Position numbers and translations under genes: made by a program. From the NCBI GenBank assembly GCA_026967815.1, contig JAPUUO010000001.1, forward strand, positions 4,034 through 68,033: DNA of 64,000 bases. The letters run 5' to 3'. The DNA is from Candidatus Bathyarchaeota archaeon. GTDB taxonomy: Archaea > Thermoproteota > Bathyarchaeia > Bathyarchaeales > Bathyarchaeaceae. Below, piece after piece: positions 44,170 to 53,777 of this stretch; positions within the stretch are counted from its first letter, which is position 1, and every line of letters begins with the position of its first letter. The notes under the pieces were generated by a model. The model saw nothing but the letters and a program-made list of their open reading frames with translations. It was not told the DNA's origin and made no database searches.

Positions 44170-44751
44170 TCAGAACCAGTCTATTCTCGTTTCACATTTA
44201 TATCCTTTCTCCCACACATACCACGCATATCCCTGCGCACTCCCTCTGAAATTCCCATCACGATCGCTACACGGTATTCTTGAAGATGACACCCAAATTC
44301 GCTTCGGTGGAAATTCTCTGAAAAGCTCCTGCCTATGCTTGCTTTCAAGGAACAATATGCGCAGCCACATTGCAACCTTGCATCCGTCTGCGACAACCGA
44401 CAATGCTTTACGCACCATATCCGTAGCACAAGAATATGGAGGATTAGTCACTATTTCACCATGCCATTCTTCTCCGTTGTAAGCGAGAAAATCAAGTTGC
44501 TCAATATCTCTATTCCGCGTAATTATGTCGCTCCTGCGCACATCATAACCGTTCTTGGCAAGCGTGTCAGAAATATGTCCTAATCCATCACACGGCTCCC
44601 ATATTTGATGTGAGGACTGTTCAAGTTTCAGCAATTCCTCCACTGCTTTCGGATGTGTGCAATACAAGTCGTACTGCGCCCTTTCTCCAGCGGCGTGATT
44701 GCTTGCTCCGAGTGTGGAATATACGTTTGCCGATTTCTTTGCCATACTCAA
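44170..44751 (-). CDS. Orphan N6-adenine DNA methyltransferase
   Basis: Motif I-like WEPCDGLGHIS and catalytic IVTNPPYS. No partner nuclease is present. Confidence 0.7.
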   Translation of the reverse strand: MSMAKKSANVYSTLGASNHAAGERAQYDLYCTHPKAVEELLKLEQSSHQIWEPCDGLGHISDTLAKNGYDVRRSDIITRNRDIEQLDFLAYNGEEWHGEIVTNPPYSCATDMVRKALSVVADGCKVAMWLRILFLESKHRQELFREFPPKRIWVSSSRIPCSDRDGNFRGSAQGYAWYVWEKGYKCETRIDWF

Positions 44752-45371
44752 TCCTTATTAGATGTCAATGCCAACCCCACAGCACGGATATACCAATCAA
44801 ACTGCATCGGCTTCATCGCTCCGAGTTTGTTCGCTTCATAGTGCGTTTTGCTCTCCCACACCGCATTGTCGCGCCGTTGCAGGTCGAAACAGCATAGCTG
44901 TATTTCGTCAATGTAGCGACGGTTGTTCACGTTCTGAAAGCCCTTCGCCGTCAAAAACACTCGCGTTTTCTCTTGAAAGAGCGCATAGTCGAACTGCTGT
45001 CTATTATCCACATAATCGCGCACCCCTTTCGCATAAAAGGCTTGCGACACGGGAATAAACGCCCCGAGGTAGTTCTGATTAGGTCGGCTTCCGATAAGCG
45101 AGAAATAACGCGTCATCGCTCCGTTCCAGCTCGTCATTCGTGCCTGCGCCATAAGCCGAAGCGTCCACTCTTTCCAGCTCATCGTAATGCCCTCCTCGTT
45201 CAGAAAGCCGTACACGCCCGTCTGCGAAACCTTGTCGAGAAATTCCCTCGCCAAACCCTCGTCGCCGATGCGGTGCGCGTCCTCAACCCCCTTGCGGTAG
45301 CAAAAATCTATCAAGGAAATTGTTGAAAGGGCTACGCCTCTGTCAATGATAGGTCGGTTCTTACTCGCCAT
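44748..45371 (-). CDS. Hypothetical protein
   Basis: 207-aa ORF. Confidence 0.5.
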   Translation of the reverse strand: MASKNRPIIDRGVALSTISLIDFCYRKGVEDAHRIGDEGLAREFLDKVSQTGVYGFLNEEGITMSWKEWTLRLMAQARMTSWNGAMTRYFSLIGSRPNQNYLGAFIPVSQAFYAKGVRDYVDNRQQFDYALFQEKTRVFLTAKGFQNVNNRRYIDEIQLCCFDLQRRDNAVWESKTHYEANKLGAMKPMQFDWYIRAVGLALTSNKD

Positions 45372-45855
45372 TGTCCTCTTCGTTAAGCACCTCTTTCATC
45401 AGCTCTCTGTCCGCCTCTCTTTTCGCTTTCAGCTCTTTCTTGCTCATGCCGCTTTCGGAGGCAATATCTTCCATAAAGGCGGCACTTGCCATTTCTTCGG
45501 AATCGGTAACGGATTTCGCTTTCTCCGCGCCCTCGGCATCCTTGCGTTTCTGCCATTCCACAATAGCTTTCTGCACTCCGCTTGTCAGTTCTTGGTCTTG
45601 CGTCATAGCCATTGCAGGAATGAATAGAGATACGATGTAGCCCTGCAACTGGTCTATACGCTCTTGTTTCGCGGCGGCAAGGAGATACCCGTAAGCGTGA
45701 GTATTACCCCCGATACGGCAGTTGAAAATGCCGCTCGTACTCGTTATCGAAAGGAAAGTCCGCTCGATGCTTCCCTCCTTGTAGTGGAAAGTGAACTTCC
45801 ACTCGCCAACCTCCTTCACGAGGTAAGGCTTACGCTGTTTAATCTTTATGCTCAT
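45361..45855 (-). CDS. Hypothetical protein
   Basis: 164-aa ORF with an acidic C-terminus. Confidence 0.5.
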   Translation of the reverse strand: MSIKIKQRKPYLVKEVGEWKFTFHYKEGSIERTFLSITSTSGIFNCRIGGNTHAYGYLLAAAKQERIDQLQGYIVSLFIPAMAMTQDQELTSGVQKAIVEWQKRKDAEGAEKAKSVTDSEEMASAAFMEDIASESGMSKKELKAKREADRELMKEVLNEEDNGE

Positions 45856-46255
45856 TTGTCTTTTTGGATTGTATCGTTATGTTGTAAATCTTGCAATGAA
45901 GCGCGAAACGCTGTGCGAGTGCGTTGAAATCGCGCTCAATCTTCCTACGCTCCTTGCGCATACCGAAGCCATAGTATTTATGCCACAGAGCGTGATATTC
46001 GCGCAATCTGTCAAGCATATTCTGCGCCTCTTGTATCGGTTTAAGGTTCGCATTTTCCTCAAACCACTTGGATAGGCTCGGCATTTCACACGAAAGCGAA
46101 AAACTGCCCCTTGTTGGAACATAATCGGATTCTTCCTCCGATTCAAAGCTTGTGCTACGCTCTACCACCTTGCCGATTGACCTCATTTCGCCATTCGGGT
46201 CGCAAATAAGTAATTCGGGATTTCCGAACAACTTGTCTGTATCTTTGTCGCCCAT
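45839..46255 (-). CDS. Hypothetical protein
   Basis: 138-aa ORF. Confidence 0.5.
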   Translation of the reverse strand: MGDKDTDKLFGNPELLICDPNGEMRSIGKVVERSTSFESEEESDYVPTRGSFSLSCEMPSLSKWFEENANLKPIQEAQNMLDRLREYHALWHKYYGFGMRKERRKIERDFNALAQRFALHCKIYNITIQSKKTNEHKD

Positions 46256-46257
46256 AG

Positions 46258-46560
46258 TCAGTCGTAATAAGTTTTGATTTTCTTTCGGGTGAAAAAGAGA
46301 TAAAGATGCGCGAGGTTAGGCTGGTGCGTAGAAACCAATTCCCAACCCTCGGCAGACATCCGCTCCAGCATTTGTTTCATATCGAAAGGGTCATCGGCGT
46401 TTACGACCTTAACCACATTCTCAACCTCACTCGGAGCGGCATGCCCTTTCTCCACGGCTCGTTTGCCCTGCTTGATTTGCAGGACTATCCGCGCCAACAA
46501 CAGCACGGCAATTATTAATAGTAGGATGTCGGTCATAATTCCTCTTGGTTTAATTTCCAC
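46258..46560 (-). CDS. Small membrane protein
   Basis: N-terminal TMD ILLLIIAVLLLARIVL. Confidence 0.45.
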   Translation of the reverse strand: MEIKPRGIMTDILLLIIAVLLLARIVLQIKQGKRAVEKGHAAPSEVENVVKVVNADDPFDMKQMLERMSAEGWELVSTHQPNLAHLYLFFTRKKIKTYYD

Positions 46561-46742
46561 TTCACAAAATCCATATCGCCGTCATTGTCATAGAGTTGGA
46601 AGATATACTCTTTCATTTTCTCCGCTCCTGCAATGAACGCAAATTCAACTTCCTGCTCTACCTCGTGAGGTTCTGACGCATGAAAGGACAAATTGTCCCT
46701 TACTTCTTTGGCATATATTTCAGCCGCTTCTCTGATTGTCAT
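46533..46742 (-). CDS. Hypothetical protein
   Basis: 69-aa ORF. Confidence 0.4.
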   Translation of the reverse strand: MTIREAAEIYAKEVRDNLSFHASEPHEVEQEVEFAFIAGAEKMKEYIFQLYDNDGDMDFVKWKLNQEEL

Positions 46743-46933
46743 ATCTGTTCTTGTTTCTTCCGTTTATCAAATCGTTTCATCCTCGCGCAGTTGCAGTCGG
46801 AAGTGCAGAGAATATCCACAGCGAAATAAAAGCCGTAGATACGCTCACAATGTGATTTCCTGCCACAATGTCCGCTTGCAGGAGAATGGTATCTGCACTT
46901 CATTCTGTACGCCTCGCGCTCCTTGGTCTCCAT
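46739..46933 (-). CDS. Cys/His-rich small protein
   Basis: 64 aa containing CRYHSPASGHCGRKSHC..CTSDCNC. Confidence 0.4.
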   Translation of the reverse strand: METKEREAYRMKCRYHSPASGHCGRKSHCERIYGFYFAVDILCTSDCNCARMKRFDKRKKQEQI

Positions 46934-46934
46934 A

Positions 46935-47444
46935 TCAATATTTCGGTATTGCTCTGTAAAGCGGTTTCTCCTTTTTCAGATGGTAGTTGACATCAAAAAC
47001 GGCGAGGCGGTCAATGATATTCTTTAGGCGTTGCATGTCACCCTGCAACTCATGCACTTGGTCTTTCCATTTCACACCCTCGCGCTTTCGCGCTCTTGCG
47101 GACATCATGACAATATCGGCCACATTTAACTTTATCTCTCTGATGCGCCGTTTCAGCATACCGACAAGCTCCACGCGCTGACGTTCTGTAAAGACAACCT
47201 CTTTGTTCTCGCCTCGGAGCATATCGACAACTTCCTGCAACACCGCTATTCTGTCTTTGATGTAAGACTGCTGTTGCTTGCGTAATACGGGGTCGGTAAT
47301 GTCAGCTTTGTCCTCGTGCAGACGCTGGCACGCAGCCAACGAGAGACAGATGTATTTGCGTAGAACGCACCGCTCTGTTATTGTGAGGCGAAGTGTCGCC
47401 CTTTCGGGGGTTGTCGGGGTGTATGATTCTTTGTAATAGCTCAT
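46935..47444 (-). CDS. Hypothetical coiled-coil protein
   Basis: ATG 47444 (MSYYKESY..) with ATGA overlap. The longer ORF-track start is rejected. Confidence 0.45.
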   Translation of the reverse strand: MSYYKESYTPTTPERATLRLTITERCVLRKYICLSLAACQRLHEDKADITDPVLRKQQQSYIKDRIAVLQEVVDMLRGENKEVVFTERQRVELVGMLKRRIREIKLNVADIVMMSARARKREGVKWKDQVHELQGDMQRLKNIIDRLAVFDVNYHLKKEKPLYRAIPKY

Positions 47445-47692
47445 ATCTTGAATCGTTTTATAAGTTTCTTGACTCTTGTGCAGTCGGACAGCTCGCACCG
47501 TGTAGGCGCGGCATAGAGCCGAGGGCAGTCGTGCGGGCATCCGTCTTTCTCGATGGCGTAGAGCTTGCACTGCTCATTGATTTTCTTGGAGCAATATTTC
47601 GTATTCTCTGTTGATAAAGAGAGATAGGGGCAACTATCTATGAGGTATTCCGTCAGTGCCTCGGTGCTTACTTGAATAGTTTTCATGCTCAC
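47441..47692 (-). CDS. Cys-rich small protein
   Basis: 83 aa with 7 Cys. Confidence 0.4.
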   Translation of the reverse strand: MSMKTIQVSTEALTEYLIDSCPYLSLSTENTKYCSKKINEQCKLYAIEKDGCPHDCPRLYAAPTRCELSDCTRVKKLIKRFKI

Positions 47693-48534
47693 TTCCCTTT
47701 CAGTCCCTCCACAACCGCTTGGGCAACCGAAACGGCATACTCGGCGACTTCTTTGGGTGTGTTAAACTTGTTTGCCACTTTCAAGGCTACCTCTTTTGCG
47801 AGGTCGGCGGCGTATGCGTCCCAATAGCTGTCCGTGAGGTCAACTTCCACGGGGATTTTGATTGAGCCGATATTAGGCTTCTTCTCCGCCTCCGCCTGCT
47901 CCGTTGGCTGAACAAGCTCCACGCAATCTTCGGGAATATTGTAGATGAATGAATCATCGTGCTTCAGCGTGTAGATGCGTCCTGCACAATCTCGGCGCAT
48001 TTCAACGCTTATGACCTTCCATTCCTTTTGCGAAACAGCATGAGGAGGCATATTGGTAATTTCCAAGTGTCTTTCCACGTCTAAGCAAATAGGTTCGTGT
48101 AGATTTTCAAGAACTCTAACGAAGTCCCCAACCTTGATTGTCGGGGCGGTCGGCTCGGTGTAGGGTTCGATGCTATGTATTGTTGCAGGGTATATCGTAG
48201 AGTCGATTTCTACATATATGTGGCATCCATCTATCTTTCTGATAACGCCTATACAGCCACACAGCTCCTCCTTGTAGTAGCCGTCTTTCATGCGCACAAC
48301 ATCCCCCTCCTTAAACTTCGGCTCTTTCGCCTCCGCATCGACCTTGACGAGATACTTGAGGGGGATAGCGAGCGTGAAGCCATATAGTCCACCAACTTTG
48401 TGCTGGATTATAATTTTTGAGGGATTGATTCTCACTACCTCGTAATTCATGTCATCGCCTTTGAATCTTTCAAACTCTTTCGGCGCGTCCTTTGACACTC
48501 TCACCTTGTCGCCTTGCTTGATTTCGTTGCTCAT
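47689..48534 (-). CDS. Hypothetical protein with three GDxVRV (KOW/SH3-like) repeats
   Basis: The repeats are GDKVRVSKD, EGDVVRMKDG and VGDFVRVLEN. Confidence 0.45.
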   Translation of the reverse strand: MSNEIKQGDKVRVSKDAPKEFERFKGDDMNYEVVRINPSKIIIQHKVGGLYGFTLAIPLKYLVKVDAEAKEPKFKEGDVVRMKDGYYKEELCGCIGVIRKIDGCHIYVEIDSTIYPATIHSIEPYTEPTAPTIKVGDFVRVLENLHEPICLDVERHLEITNMPPHAVSQKEWKVISVEMRRDCAGRIYTLKHDDSFIYNIPEDCVELVQPTEQAEAEKKPNIGSIKIPVEVDLTDSYWDAYAADLAKEVALKVANKFNTPKEVAEYAVSVAQAVVEGLKGK

Positions 48535-48752
48535 GCTTCTTCCTCCATTTGTTTGGCGATTTGTGCAAGTGCGAGCAAGGATATTCCCTGCACAAATTCC
48601 TTTTCATCTGCATAAACCTCAGACGAAACTTCTACACTCTCGATTTCCAACACTCGTTCTACAAAGTTGGCGGGTGCATCATCACCCTGTGCCATTAGCA
48701 GATAGGCGTTCTTTTTGATTTCCTTTTCGGGAATGTCAAATGTTACTTTCAT
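48531..48752 (-). CDS. Hypothetical acidic protein
   Basis: 73-aa ORF. A -7 box TATATTTG (48863-48856, minus strand) lies upstream. Confidence 0.45.
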   Translation of the reverse strand: MKVTFDIPEKEIKKNAYLLMAQGDDAPANFVERVLEIESVEVSSEVYADEKEFVQGISLLALAQIAKQMEEEA

Positions 48753-48892
48753 CTTTCAAACAAAAGGCTCAAACTTTCGCCCGGCTGTGCGAGAACCGGA
48801 GTACTTGTATGAGCCGTTAAATTCCTTTTCCGAAGCCTCGCACGCTTCATAAGTGCAAATATAGTGTTATATTGTGGATTATGTAAGTAATT

Positions 48893-50398
48893 CTATAAAA
48901 TCACTTTAGGTTTTCGCAAACAAAAGCCATAGCCGACCTGCAATCTCTGCTTGAAGCACCCTTTCTGCGCGAGCATAGCCGACAATTCAGGTCGGGCGTG
49001 CTGTTTACTCCCCTCGGCTTCGGCAAACGCCTTATACTCGTCATACAGCTCAGCAAGACTGCGCCAGCAATCCTTGTCGTATTCCTTGACCGCCTCGTAG
49101 TCGTTCTCAGCCCACCATCGGCGCATATTGTTGCTCCCTGCCATGATTATCTCCTGCGACTTCTTCATGTCCTCGCCCATTACTATGTCGCCTTTGTTTT
49201 TGGCAAAGATGCGGTAGCCCTCCACAATCCAATGAAAGATATACATAAGGGCTTCGGGGCGCGTCAGTTTGTAGGTAAGACTCGTGTCCCTGTCCTCGCC
49301 CGTAAACGCCCGTGTGGTCGTATGAACAACCAATCGTCTGCGCTGACCTCCGTAGCTGTCATCGTCAGTCTCGGGCATAGTGTTGGCACAACACAAAAGC
49401 GGCGGCGCAATAACCTTTACGGGCTTTTTGTCGTATGGTACACGACCCTGGAACTCGCCTCCGCTCGCAAACCTCTTGAAGTCACCGCCCGAAAGCTCTT
49501 TGCCGTCCATATCGTCTATGAAGTTGGCTACTTTGTTGGCGAGTGCCGCGATATTCACGTTGCGGTCGCTGTCCTTGAACAGCTGACGGAACGAAAAGCA
49601 CGAAAAATACTCCTTGCCGAACACCGAGGCTATCACATTCGACACAACGGACTTACCGTTACTGCCGGGTCCCAAGAGGAATAGACAATACTCCATCTTA
49701 AACGCCTGACGGTCAGAAATTAAAGAGCCGCACCACTGCTGAAAAACGCTCCGAGCGTCCTTGTTCGGGACAATCTCGGCGATTTTCTCCTCCCACAGCT
49801 TGCAGGGATTGCCGAAAGTGCCGTATTTCTCGGCACACTCGCGATACAGCTCGTCCTTGTCCTTGTATTCAAGGTCAAGCACGATAGCAGGGCATTGCTC
49901 CACACTCGGCTTCACCGCCTTGCGCTTCTCAACGTCATACACAAGGTTTCTGAACGCCACATAACGCCTATTCGGACGATACAGATACTTGTCGCTGCTC
50001 GAAATCGTGTCAAGGCAGCTCATGGCGATAGCCTTTGCAGGGTACTCGTCATTGTACTTCTCGCCCAAATCAAGCTCGATAAAGGCTCTTTTGAGCAATT
50101 CCTTTAAGAATATCTCTCTGTCCTCCACACGCACGAAACACACGCCGTTAAACGCATATATCGCGCTCTTTGAGCCGTCCGAGAGGAAGCGTTTCATCTT
50201 GTCCTCGCAAATCAGGTTGCGGACAATCGCCCTCAGTCGGTCAACACGCCCCTGATACACGTTCTTGTCGTATTTGCCGAGACCTCTCAGCTTGCCTCCA
50301 TCCTTGCCCTTTGAGTACAGCCGCTTGTACTCCGCCTCCATCGCAGGACAGAGCCAATCCAACAAATGCTGGTACAAAAATTCACTTACAAGTGCCAT
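48893..50398 (-). CDS. P4/D5-type primase-helicase (SF3 helicase domain)
   Basis: 501 aa. Walker A is LLGPGSNGKSVV. The size and layout match phage/plasmid primase P4-family C-terminal domain proteins. Confidence 0.7.
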   Translation of the reverse strand: MALVSEFLYQHLLDWLCPAMEAEYKRLYSKGKDGGKLRGLGKYDKNVYQGRVDRLRAIVRNLICEDKMKRFLSDGSKSAIYAFNGVCFVRVEDREIFLKELLKRAFIELDLGEKYNDEYPAKAIAMSCLDTISSSDKYLYRPNRRYVAFRNLVYDVEKRKAVKPSVEQCPAIVLDLEYKDKDELYRECAEKYGTFGNPCKLWEEKIAEIVPNKDARSVFQQWCGSLISDRQAFKMEYCLFLLGPGSNGKSVVSNVIASVFGKEYFSCFSFRQLFKDSDRNVNIAALANKVANFIDDMDGKELSGGDFKRFASGGEFQGRVPYDKKPVKVIAPPLLCCANTMPETDDDSYGGQRRRLVVHTTTRAFTGEDRDTSLTYKLTRPEALMYIFHWIVEGYRIFAKNKGDIVMGEDMKKSQEIIMAGSNNMRRWWAENDYEAVKEYDKDCWRSLAELYDEYKAFAEAEGSKQHARPELSAMLAQKGCFKQRLQVGYGFCLRKPKVIL

Positions 50399-50401
50399 AT
50401 T

Positions 50402-50665
50402 TCAACCATATAATTTACTCCAATCCAATATGGATTTCGTATGTTCTACAAGTTCAGTCGTTCCCATCACACCGTCCAATTCCTCGCCGTGTCGCTCTTT
50501 ATACAGAAGTTGCCCATCACGCCACGGATTGAGCGTCAACGTCAGAACACCCCACCTATATCGGGCGTATATGTACTCGCCATCATCGGTGTAAATATCC
50601 CATTGGCTCGGGCACGCCGAACACGTCATTATGCAATGTTTGACTTCGTATTTCTTTGTTGTCAT
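50402..50665 (-). CDS. Hypothetical protein
   Basis: ATG 50665 (MTTKKYEVKHC..). Confidence 0.45.
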   Translation of the reverse strand: MTTKKYEVKHCIMTCSACPSQWDIYTDDGEYIYARYRWGVLTLTLNPWRDGQLLYKERHGEELDGVMGTTELVEHTKSILDWSKLYG

Positions 50666-50667
50666 AC

Positions 50668-51039
50668 TCACTCCTTTATCAGTTCAACTCCGTGCAACGC
50701 CAAAAACGCCTCCGCCTCGTGGAGATAGCGGACAATGCACCCACCGAAATAGTAACTCGCGTTTGCCACTCCAACGCGCCATGAAAAAGCGTCTGTGCGG
50801 TGAAAGTAAACAAGATATTCATTGATGCACTTTACGACATTCAACTCTTCTCGCTTAAACCCCAGCCATTTCAGGATTGAGTAAGTAATCTCAATCGGCT
50901 CAACCTCACTCGCCATCACATACTCCGCAGGGAACCGCACAATAAGTCCGTTGTCCTCGTCCAAACCACGCACTCGCTCACGCTTGCCGTTGACAAGGAT
51001 ATGCGAGCCGATTCTAAGCTGTTTAATATCTACTGCCAT
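50668..51039 (-). CDS. Hypothetical protein
   Basis: ATG 51039 (MAVDIKQLRIG..). Confidence 0.45.
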   Translation of the reverse strand: MAVDIKQLRIGSHILVNGKRERVRGLDEDNGLIVRFPAEYVMASEVEPIEITYSILKWLGFKREELNVVKCINEYLVYFHRTDAFSWRVGVANASYYFGGCIVRYLHEAEAFLALHGVELIKE

Positions 51040-51040
51040 A

Positions 51041-51385
51041 TCATTCCTCCTCCTTGAAAAAATCCGCGCCGAAGATGCGCTCCAAAACACCTTGGATAAG
51101 TATATTCTCCACTCCGCAATCAATGTCATTCGGATAGGTGTTGGCATATTCTTTCCCCACCTTCTCTTTCTCCTCGGCGGTCAGACGTTGTGAAAGAGGT
51201 AATCCGTAAACATGGTTTGTTCCTGCCTTGAATCCGTCCTCATACGAATCGGCAGGACACTCACAGCAATCAAAAGCTGTGTTTTCTCCTCCGCAAAAGT
51301 CGCAATTTTCTTTCCATGCGCATTTTTCGCAGAAATATTCTTTTCTCACGGCTTCTTTCGCCGCTTCTTCTATCGTCTTATTCAT
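51041..51385 (-). CDS. Cys-rich protein
   Basis: 114 aa containing CEKCAWKENCDFCGGENTAFDCCEC. Confidence 0.45.
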   Translation of the reverse strand: MNKTIEEAAKEAVRKEYFCEKCAWKENCDFCGGENTAFDCCECPADSYEDGFKAGTNHVYGLPLSQRLTAEEKEKVGKEYANTYPNDIDCGVENILIQGVLERIFGADFFKEEE

Positions 51386-51612
51386 ATCTTCTCAAATTTT
51401 AGCCCGAAGCACCATCTGAGCATGATGCGCTTGAATCGAGATATGGGTTTGTAGACTGCGAGCGAGTAGCCTGTGGGTTCGTGTTTGAGGTAGCCGATAG
51501 GCTTTACCCACTCAATCGTATGACCGCTGCGGAATACATCGTCAATGGATTTTCGTAAGTCCATCATCGCTGTCATCGTCTGTTTCATATCGTCATTTGT
51601 TTTCTTGTTCAA
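51382..51612 (-). CDS. Hypothetical protein
   Basis: 76-aa ORF. Confidence 0.4.
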   Translation of the reverse strand: MNKKTNDDMKQTMTAMMDLRKSIDDVFRSGHTIEWVKPIGYLKHEPTGYSLAVYKPISRFKRIMLRWCFGLKFEKI

Positions 51613-51994
51613 TCAGTTCAAGCACAACACTAATACCATCCGCTAATGCTTCCTCATAGGTGGCGAATGTAGCGTCGGTATCATCGAATTCTCCGCTATC
51701 AAGGTTGAGCCAATCGGCAAACCAAACCTTATGGTAGTGAATATAGCTCACACGGACGCTGATATGCTTGACTTCTCTCAGCCACTTCTGAGCCTGCCAT
51801 AAAAAAGGCGCCGAAACGAAATCATCTGGTCTGCGTTTATAGTTGTTGAAGTCCGCACATGAACCATGAATAAACCACATATCATCTTCGGGTACGCCGT
51901 TTTTGATATGATAGTAGTGGTCGCACGGCTCATCGAATCCGCACGCTTTCAATTTCTTGGCAAGCTCATAAGAGCAGTAATCTTCTTGATTCAT
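51593..51994 (-). CDS. Hypothetical protein (weak paralog of 53274-53660 and 54677-55147)
   Basis: ATG 51994 with ATGA overlap. Shares ELAKKLKACGF.. and ..ALADGISVVLELIE. Confidence 0.45.
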   Translation of the reverse strand: MNQEDYCSYELAKKLKACGFDEPCDHYYHIKNGVPEDDMWFIHGSCADFNNYKRRPDDFVSAPFLWQAQKWLREVKHISVRVSYIHYHKVWFADWLNLDSGEFDDTDATFATYEEALADGISVVLELIEQENK

Positions 51995-52245
51995 GATTCT
52001 TGTATTAAAAGTAAATCTGATTCCGTCCAATTTAGAGCGGAGATTCTATGTGTGAAGTGGCATTTCCTGCCGTATTCATCCTCGACAAACTCAAAGATGT
52101 CACCTCTTTTGCGCTTTCGGATTCTGCATTTAAGGTGGCATTCTGATGTTCCGTCCACTCCTCCCCACCATATAAAATCCAAGAGTGCGCCATAAGGTAT
52201 CTTATTGCACTCGGAATCCCTATAAGGCGACATTTCATTTTTCAT
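51991..52245 (-). CDS. Hypothetical protein
   Basis: The start is ambiguous (52245 MKNEM or 52233 MSPYR). Confidence 0.4.
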   Translation of the reverse strand: MKNEMSPYRDSECNKIPYGALLDFIWWGGVDGTSECHLKCRIRKRKRGDIFEFVEDEYGRKCHFTHRISALNWTESDLLLIQES

Positions 52246-52516
52246 CTTTCTTCTTGTTAAGTTCCGCAATCAGAGCGTCGGCGGCACTGACCGACATAGA
52301 TGCGATGTGGCTGTATTTATCGCCCCATTTAGCGTTTTGCATCATTGAAGCCATGATTTGCGCCGCAATCTTCCGCCTTTCGGCCTCGGTGTTCATCTCT
52401 ACGATGCGGTTGAAATAGTCTGATTTTCCGAGCAGACGCGCCTCTAATTTCTCTTGCTCCTTCATCGCTAAAGTGTGGAGATGAAGTTCTTCTTTTAGCT
52501 TGTCTTCTATATTCAT
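52235..52516 (-). CDS. Hypothetical coiled-coil protein
   Basis: 93-aa ORF. Confidence 0.45.
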   Translation of the reverse strand: MNIEDKLKEELHLHTLAMKEQEKLEARLLGKSDYFNRIVEMNTEAERRKIAAQIMASMMQNAKWGDKYSHIASMSVSAADALIAELNKKKDEK

Positions 52517-52597
52517 TCTTATTTTATTTTACGCGCATAACGCGCTGTGTTATTTTACTTTATCATCAAAAAGTAAAATAAGCAGGTTTAATCATGC

Positions 52598-52765
52598 TTA
52601 TTTTGACTTCTTGGTTTTAGGGGTGAAGTCGGGGCAGATACCACGGCACCATACATTAAGCGTAAATGCTCCATTAAGCAGAATAAATTCGGGCATGAGT
52701 CCACATATACCATTACACCAATACTCACACTCCTGCGGTCGCTGGTCAGTCGGGGTCGGTGTCAT
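52598..52765 (-). CDS. Cys-rich micro-protein (55 aa)
   Basis: Hand-translated as MTPTPTDQRPQECEYWCNGICGLMPEFILLNGAFTLNVWCRGICPDFTPKTKKSK. Confidence 0.4.
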   Translation of the reverse strand: MTPTPTDQRPQECEYWCNGICGLMPEFILLNGAFTLNVWCRGICPDFTPKTKKSK

Positions 52766-52898
52766 ATACTCTAAGTTTTGTTTTGAGCCAATTCGTGAAC
52801 TTCCATATCCATGTTGCAGGATAGTAGAATATGCAATAGATAGGAATTATAATCCATGTTGTCGCATCATACACGGCTCTGCGGTGTTTCTTTTTCAT
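52746..52898 (-). CDS. Small membrane protein (50 aa)
   Basis: Hand-translated as MKKKHRRAVYDATTWIIIPIYCIFYYPATWIWKFTNWLKTKLRVYDTDPD. ATGA overlap with the upstream stop. Confidence 0.4.
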   Translation of the reverse strand: MKKKHRRAVYDATTWIIIPIYCIFYYPATWIWKFTNWLKTKLRVYDTDPD

Positions 52899-53254
52899 CG
52901 CTTGTCGCTTATCGGTTTATCCTCGCGGTTCGGTCTCCAATGCGTAACACGAAAATCTCCATAGTCACACACATGGTTATCTCCGTTAGGGTCGTGTTCT
53001 TCGGTGTTTGCAGAACACCAATACTTCGATATATCGTCATACACATACACCCTGCCACCTCCCATGTACTTGTCATAGCAGTAGCAAATCTGCATGTGGT
53101 TGGGGCGCATAACTTTCGCATCATACCAATTCAAATCATCTGCCGATGCACCTCCGGCTATAAAGCCCTCCTCAAACTCTTTCGGCATAGGCATATTTGG
53201 GTGATGTTGCTCCCATGCACGGAGCATTTCTCTTTTTAGAATTTCTTGTTTCAT
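52895..53254 (-). CDS. Hypothetical protein
   Basis: 119-aa ORF. Confidence 0.45.
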   Translation of the reverse strand: MKQEILKREMLRAWEQHHPNMPMPKEFEEGFIAGGASADDLNWYDAKVMRPNHMQICYCYDKYMGGGRVYVYDDISKYWCSANTEEHDPNGDNHVCDYGDFRVTHWRPNREDKPISDKR

Positions 53255-53273
53255 ATTTTTTTGGTCGTGAAGT

Positions 53274-53660
53274 TTACTTCTTTAGAAAATTCTTTTCGAT
53301 AACCCAACAGAGGGTTGAGAATAATGCGTCAATGAGTTCTGAATCTACTCCGACACCAACAGGACGTGGAACAAGGTCATATCCGACAAACCATTTTTGG
53401 CAGTTTTTATCCCACCTCATGCTTATCGGGCAAACGTCATTCTCACACATGATTGTGTCTTGCTCAATCTCTTTCGGGAGCAACGAGCAAACATCTGCGA
53501 GGGTGAAGATTGGCGCATAGCCGTCAAATACTCTCTTTATCGAGCCGTTTTGAAGCTCAACAGTCTTGTATGTTCTTTCACCTTGTCCGCTCGCCTTGTC
53601 CGCGCTTATGCCTTTGGCTATGAGCGTGGCGGATTGTTCGGGGGTTAACAAATGCTTCAT
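53274..53660 (-). CDS. Hypothetical protein (paralog of 54677-55147)
   Basis: Shares TPEQSATLIAKGISADKAS, SLLPKEI and LIDALFSTLCWVIE with the paralog. Confidence 0.5.
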   Translation of the reverse strand: MKHLLTPEQSATLIAKGISADKASGQGERTYKTVELQNGSIKRVFDGYAPIFTLADVCSLLPKEIEQDTIMCENDVCPISMRWDKNCQKWFVGYDLVPRPVGVGVDSELIDALFSTLCWVIEKNFLKK

Positions 53661-53776
53661 ATTCCTTTCATTTTTAGGATTGCACTTCTCAGATACCGCT
53701 CGGCTTCGGCAAGAGAGCCTATAGCCTCGCCTAGTTCGAGAGGTGCGAATCCGATTTGCTCTTTCTGTTCTTTCAT
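53657..53776 (-). CDS. Micro-protein (39 aa)
   Basis: Hand-translated as MKEQKEQIGFAPLELGEAIGSLAEAERYLRSAILKMKGI. ATGA overlap downstream. Confidence 0.35.
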   Translation of the reverse strand: MKEQKEQIGFAPLELGEAIGSLAEAERYLRSAILKMKGI

Positions 53777-53777
53777 C

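Noticed and set aside
52500-53239. Plus-strand ORFs 52500-52964 and 52856-53239
   Set aside because: They are antisense to a chain of minus-strand genes linked by ATGA overlaps, and they have no start context or motifs.
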